Source: Minisyncoccota bacterium
Lineage (GTDB): Bacteria; Actinomycetota; Actinomycetes; Nanopelagicales; Nanopelagicaceae
Assembly (NCBI GenBank): GCA_035530615.1
Contig: DATKUL010000002.1
Location: 948,322-1,012,321, forward strand
DNA length: 64,000 nucleotides
Reading direction: 5' to 3'
Shown here: piece by piece, positions 56,594 through 64,000 of the stretch
Layout: each line of letters opens with the position of its first letter
Position numbering within the stretch: position 1 is the stretch's first letter
The notes under the pieces: model-generated
Database searches by the model: none
What the model saw: the letters and a program-made list of their open reading frames with translations, nothing else
What the model was told of the DNA's origin: nothing
Made by a program: the position numbers and the translations under genes

Positions 56594-58363
56594 TTAGGCC
56601 TTTACGAAGAGAGAGCCGAACCCGAAGGTTCCCTGTGGCTCCCAGTAGAAGACGCCGCCAACTTCAGAGCCCCATACACCCTGGCCCTTACCGAATACTG
56701 GACGGATAATCCAATACTGGTCCATTGCGTACTGCGCGAGCTCTTTCCACATCGCAGCTTGCTTAGCGCGGTTGGTCTCATTCAAAGCCTTATCTGACTT
56801 GGCCTTAAATGCTGCGTAGGCAGGATCATCCCAGTTCTGCGACAAGTTAAATCCTGCATCCTTGACGAAGAGCGGAGGAATAACCGTTGACGCATTTGCC
56901 CAGTCAGCACCCCAGCCACCATAGGAAAGGTCATTCTGCTTGGTGATGTCCATGACTGTGGAGTAGTACTGACCAGATGGGATGAAGTTGAACTTCATCA
57001 CAATTCCGGCCGCGTCCATAGCAGTCTTGATTAGAACGGAAGCTTTCTCGTTGGTTGCTGTTTTGGGAAGGTCATAAACTAGTCCCTTGGCCGGATTTGT
57101 TGCTCTGTCATAAGCGGCCGGGCAAGAACTCTTGGCTGTGGCCAGAAGTGCTTTTGCCTTGGCTGGAGCTCCGTTGATGTTCCAGGCTGGGTCATGGATA
57201 TTTCCCTTGGTCTTGGCATAGTCAAGACCAAGTACTGGCTTGACTGGACTATCTCCTGGAACGCCGTAGAAAACGGTGCCACCGGAGAGGTCAATGAGTG
57301 CCTGCGAGTCGAAGGCAAAGAAGACAGCTTTACGTATGTCAAGGCAATCCAACTTGCCAGCAGAGACGTTGGCCGCTGCATAGCGAACATATGGATCAAA
57401 TACGTTGTAGCGCTGTTTTGCCTTTGATGAGTCAGCAAAGAATGCCCGCAAGTTGGTTGGCTGTAGAGCATCTAGATCGACAGTGTTTGGAATGCTGTCG
57501 TCCAACATGATCTGGTCAGCAACGTCCTGTGAAAGTCCAAAGCGGACGACAATATTATCTGGATAAGGAGTACGTACCTTGTCGCTGGATTGCTTCCACT
57601 TTGCGTTACGGACCAATTCCATAGTGTCGCCGATCTTGTAACGGGCAATCTTGTATGGTCCGTCTGAATATGGACGCAGGTCGTACTTGTCACCGGTGTC
57701 CTTTGAAGCCTTCACTGGCGCACCTGCTGGATAAGTAAGTGCGTAGTTGAAGTCAGCAAATGAGCGGTTCAAATTGAATGTGACAGTCTTTCCCTTACAG
57801 GTAACTGCCTTGTTGTACAGAGCCTGTCCGGTCTTCTTGTATGGACCCTTGTATACAGAACTTCCATCGGCTGCCTTAGGAATCCGCAAGGCGCCTACCA
57901 AGTACTGCGGGCCATCTGTGATGACGTCAGAAGCAAAGGCTCGCGAAACGCCGTATTTCACATCGGCACAAGTAACTGCAGAGCCATCTTCCCAGGTGCT
58001 GCCCTCACGCAAAGTGAACTTCCAGGTCTTTGCGTTATTGCTAGGCACACCAGTATTGGTCGCTAGGTCGGCTACAAGTGATGAGCCTGCCGCACCCGGA
58101 ACTGGCTTATATGAAACCAGGTTGCGATATAGGTATGAGTTGAAGAACGCGATGTCGCGACCAGTATAAATACGGGCTGGATCTACGTGATCAAACTGTT
58201 CTGCGTGGGTAATGAAGTACAGAGTGCCACCTTTTTTGGATGTAGCAGCGCTCGCACTAGTCGTCGTTCCTACTAGCGCGACGGCAGCGATTAATGCAGT
58301 GGCTGCGGTCGTAGCTATGAGGCGACGGTTTAAATGGCGCTTTGCCATTTTTGAACCGGACAT
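56594..58363 (-). CDS. Peptide/nickel ABC transporter substrate-binding protein (family 5)
   Basis: ATG 58363 is preceded by AAGGAGG. Signal-like region (RRLIATTAATALIAAVALVGTTTSASA), with family-5 SBP length and pattern. Confidence 0.85.
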   Translation of the reverse strand: MSGSKMAKRHLNRRLIATTAATALIAAVALVGTTTSASAATSKKGGTLYFITHAEQFDHVDPARIYTGRDIAFFNSYLYRNLVSYKPVPGAAGSSLVADLATNTGVPSNNAKTWKFTLREGSTWEDGSAVTCADVKYGVSRAFASDVITDGPQYLVGALRIPKAADGSSVYKGPYKKTGQALYNKAVTCKGKTVTFNLNRSFADFNYALTYPAGAPVKASKDTGDKYDLRPYSDGPYKIARYKIGDTMELVRNAKWKQSSDKVRTPYPDNIVVRFGLSQDVADQIMLDDSIPNTVDLDALQPTNLRAFFADSSKAKQRYNVFDPYVRYAAANVSAGKLDCLDIRKAVFFAFDSQALIDLSGGTVFYGVPGDSPVKPVLGLDYAKTKGNIHDPAWNINGAPAKAKALLATAKSSCPAAYDRATNPAKGLVYDLPKTATNEKASVLIKTAMDAAGIVMKFNFIPSGQYYSTVMDITKQNDLSYGGWGADWANASTVIPPLFVKDAGFNLSQNWDDPAYAAFKAKSDKALNETNRAKQAAMWKELAQYAMDQYWIIRPVFGKGQGVWGSEVGGVFYWEPQGTFGFGSLFVKA

Positions 58364-58505
58364 GTGTCCTCCTTGTGGATAGTTCATTCCAGTTCGCGGC
58401 CGCGGACTGGACTTTTGCCCAATAACTGCGAAGTTGGTGAACTACTGCGCAGAGGTAGATATGGGTCATTACTTCCCGTATCGCTACGGAAACCTGGTTT
58501 TCTTA

Positions 58506-59495
58506 TCATGACGGACCCGCTTTCGGGTCAAGCGCATCACGCAGCGCATCACCAAATAAGTTAAGCGAGAGCACAATAGTTACGAGATAAAGCGAGGGAA
58601 TGATGAGATAGGCAGGATCGCTGCGCCAGTAAGTCACTGCATCAGCCAGAACTAGACCGAAGGTCGAAGCCGGCGCCTGCACGCCTACCCCTAGAAATGA
58701 GTAGACCGCTTCGGCTGCTAGATATCCGGGCAACGAGATCGACAAGAAAACAATGGCCGTGGGCCATAAATTTGGAAGTAATTCCTTGGTGATAATTCGG
58801 AAACTGGAAGCCCCTAGTGCCTGTGCCGCCATCACGAAGTCGCGCTCACGCATGCTAAATGCTTGCGACCGGATCAAGCGAGCAAAGCCCATCCAGCCAA
58901 AAAATAGAAAGAAGAGAATCAGAACCACGATTCGAGCGCCGTTATCTTTAGCAATTCCTAGTGCCTCAATCCGTTGAGTCATGGGAAGAATCAGCGCAAG
59001 AATCATGAAGGTGGCAGGGAAAGAGAGCATGAAGTCTGAAATGCGACCAACAATTGCATCGACCTTGCCACGGAAATATCCAGTCGATATTCCAATCAAC
59101 ATTCCCAAGCCGATGGAAGCCACACTCGTGATAATCGCAACGGTAAATGAAATGCGAGAGCCATAGAGCATGAGTGAAAGAAGGTCGCGTCCTGCTCCCG
59201 GCTCGACACCAAGTGGGTGTGCCAGTGAGATGCCACCTGAAGCACCGATTGGCATGGCAAACTCGTTAAGAGTTTCTGGATAAGTTTTTGTGTTACTTAG
59301 ACTAAGAATGCGGGTAATGACAGGCGCAAGGTAGGCGATGAGAATGAAAAATAAAGCGACGCTTGCAGCGACCACGCCGACTTTGTTCTTCTTAAATCTC
59401 ATCCATGCGATCTGGCGGGGCGTGCGTTGGATAATGGGCGCATCAATCAACAGATCATCAATGATGGCTTCATCTAGGAGGGCTTCTTCTGACAT
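58506..59495 (-). CDS. Opp/Dpp-type ABC transporter permease (C-type)
   Basis: N-terminal extension plus 6 TM segments. EAA loop (..FVMAAQALGASSFRIITKELLPN..). Confidence 0.9.
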   Translation of the reverse strand: MSEEALLDEAIIDDLLIDAPIIQRTPRQIAWMRFKKNKVGVVAASVALFFILIAYLAPVITRILSLSNTKTYPETLNEFAMPIGASGGISLAHPLGVEPGAGRDLLSLMLYGSRISFTVAIITSVASIGLGMLIGISTGYFRGKVDAIVGRISDFMLSFPATFMILALILPMTQRIEALGIAKDNGARIVVLILFFLFFGWMGFARLIRSQAFSMRERDFVMAAQALGASSFRIITKELLPNLWPTAIVFLSISLPGYLAAEAVYSFLGVGVQAPASTFGLVLADAVTYWRSDPAYLIIPSLYLVTIVLSLNLFGDALRDALDPKAGPS

Positions 59496-59633
59496 CGCCG
59501 TTACCTCCGTTCCACACGCGTATGAGGCCCATCAAAAAATGAAGAGCCTGGATTAGTACCGAACGGTAGCCAAGATAGAGCCAAATGAAAACCCCATTCG
59601 TACCTTTTAAGCCTTTTCACCAACATGGCCTTT

Positions 59634-63187
<3,554 letters not shown>

Positions 63188-63188
63188 T

Positions 63189-64000
63189 TCATGAATCCTT
63201 TTGTGGTGACTCATTGTGTCCGCCAAATTGATATCTCATCGCGCTCAATACTCGGTTAGAAAAGTCGTCATTACCGCGTGAGGCAAACCTAGAGAAGAGT
63301 GACGTTGCTAGAACTGGCGCAGGTACGCCCAATTCAATTGCAGCGTTTACTGTCCACCGCCCTTCGCCACTATCACTTACATTTGTCGAATACTCAGTGA
63401 GTGCAGGGTCCTGGTGCAGCGCCTGCGCGGTTAAGTCCAGTAGCCAAGAAGCAACCACGCTACCTCGACGCCAAACTTCCGCTATTTCTGCCACATCCAG
63501 GTCGTAAGAAGGTGTCCCGCTCTTGGACGCATCAAAAATCGCCAGACCCTCAGCAAGGGCCGCCATCATCCCGTACTCGATTCCGTTATGAATCATTTTC
63601 ACGTAATGGCCCGCTCCTACTGGACCACAATGTAGATACCCCATTTCGCTGGAACTCGGCTGACCGGAGCGCCCTGCAGTCCGCGCCGCCGTCTCAACGC
63701 CAGGAGCAAGCGCTTTAAAAATCGGTTCAAGCATCTGCACAACGGCGTCTTCGCCACCAATCATCAGGCTATATCCGCGCTCAAGACCATAAACACCGCC
63801 ACTCGTTCCAACATCGACGAATTTGACCCCTTGAAGCGCAAGGTGGTCAGCGATTACGAGATCGTTCCTGTAAAAACTATTACCCCCATCGATGATTGTG
63901 TCCCCAGGAGATAAATACTCCGCGATAGATTTAATCGTTGAACCTGTGACGCTCGCAGGCACCATCACCCAGATAATGCGCGGGGTCGAAAGTTTATTGG
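63189..64000 (-). CDS. gnd: 6-phosphogluconate dehydrogenase (short, decarboxylating Gnd-like); 5' end lies outside the window
   Basis: ..IIDGGNS.., ..GTSGG..G...G.SLMIGG.., ..HYVKMIHNGIEYG.. The reading frame stays open to position 64000 (..PRIIWVMVPA..), so the N-terminal Rossmann part is missing from the window. Confidence 0.85.
   Translation of the reverse strand, partial: NKLSTPRIIWVMVPASVTGSTIKSIAEYLSPGDTIIDGGNSFYRNDLVIADHLALQGVKFVDVGTSGGVYGLERGYSLMIGGEDAVVQMLEPIFKALAPGVETAARTAGRSGQPSSSEMGYLHCGPVGAGHYVKMIHNGIEYGMMAALAEGLAIFDASKSGTPSYDLDVAEIAEVWRRGSVVASWLLDLTAQALHQDPALTEYSTNVSDSGEGRWTVNAAIELGVPAPVLATSLFSRFASRGNDDFSNRVLSAMRYQFGGHNESPQKDS

Overview
This is a chromosomal segment from what looks like a streamlined actinobacterium with roughly half G+C by eye. 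That call is an inference from gene content and synteny: dnaG-dgt, glyQS / zupT-zur / uppS-recO / long-form leuA, a GlnA2-type glutamine synthetase, NarL/LuxR regulators, and very short or overlapping intergenic spacers. I can support about 60 intact CDS, 2 tRNAs (tRNA-Met CAT at 983-1056, tRNA-Asn GTT at 26641-26713), a TPP riboswitch, a Zur box, several clean hairpin terminators, two in-frame coding tandem-repeat tracts, and 6 decayed genes. I saw no rRNA, CRISPR array, integrase, transposase or prophage block.

Most of the window (about 6.7-64 kb) is core metabolism and housekeeping:
- thiamine uptake, glycerol catabolism (glpD/glpK) and replication (dnaG, dgt)
- glyQS, Zn homeostasis, uppS/recO and leuA
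- cysteine synthesis (cysK/cysE plus a second cysteine-synthase paralogue), glnA2, nadE and panB
- an Opp/Dpp peptide importer, tgt and zwf/gnd

The accessory part is the first ~6.7 kb. Directly downstream of tRNA-Met sits a decayed islet. It carries five HicA/HicB-type toxin-antitoxin modules in various states of decay, two partial copies of the tRNA 3' end (att-like scars) and a frameshifted NYN-nuclease gene. After it come a secreted M23-like protein, a frameshifted membrane-anchored protein and the most unusual gene in the window. That gene (5745-6728) is a signal-peptide-less protein joining an N-terminal sensor-like domain, 27 uninterrupted collagen-like G-X-Y triplets and a C-terminal LuxR/GerE helix-turn-helix.

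Other items worth a second look:
- a three-member family of uncharacterised membrane-anchored proteins
- a stand-alone DnaX-C-terminal-like ORF translationally coupled to a secreted GH25 muramidase
- a Lys/Ala-rich histone-H1-like repeat protein
- a candidate Leu-codon leader peptide upstream of leuA
- a ~530 bp unassigned intergenic region with a perfect 15-bp-stem hairpin

All functional calls rest on motif recognition in the supplied translations. No database search was run.
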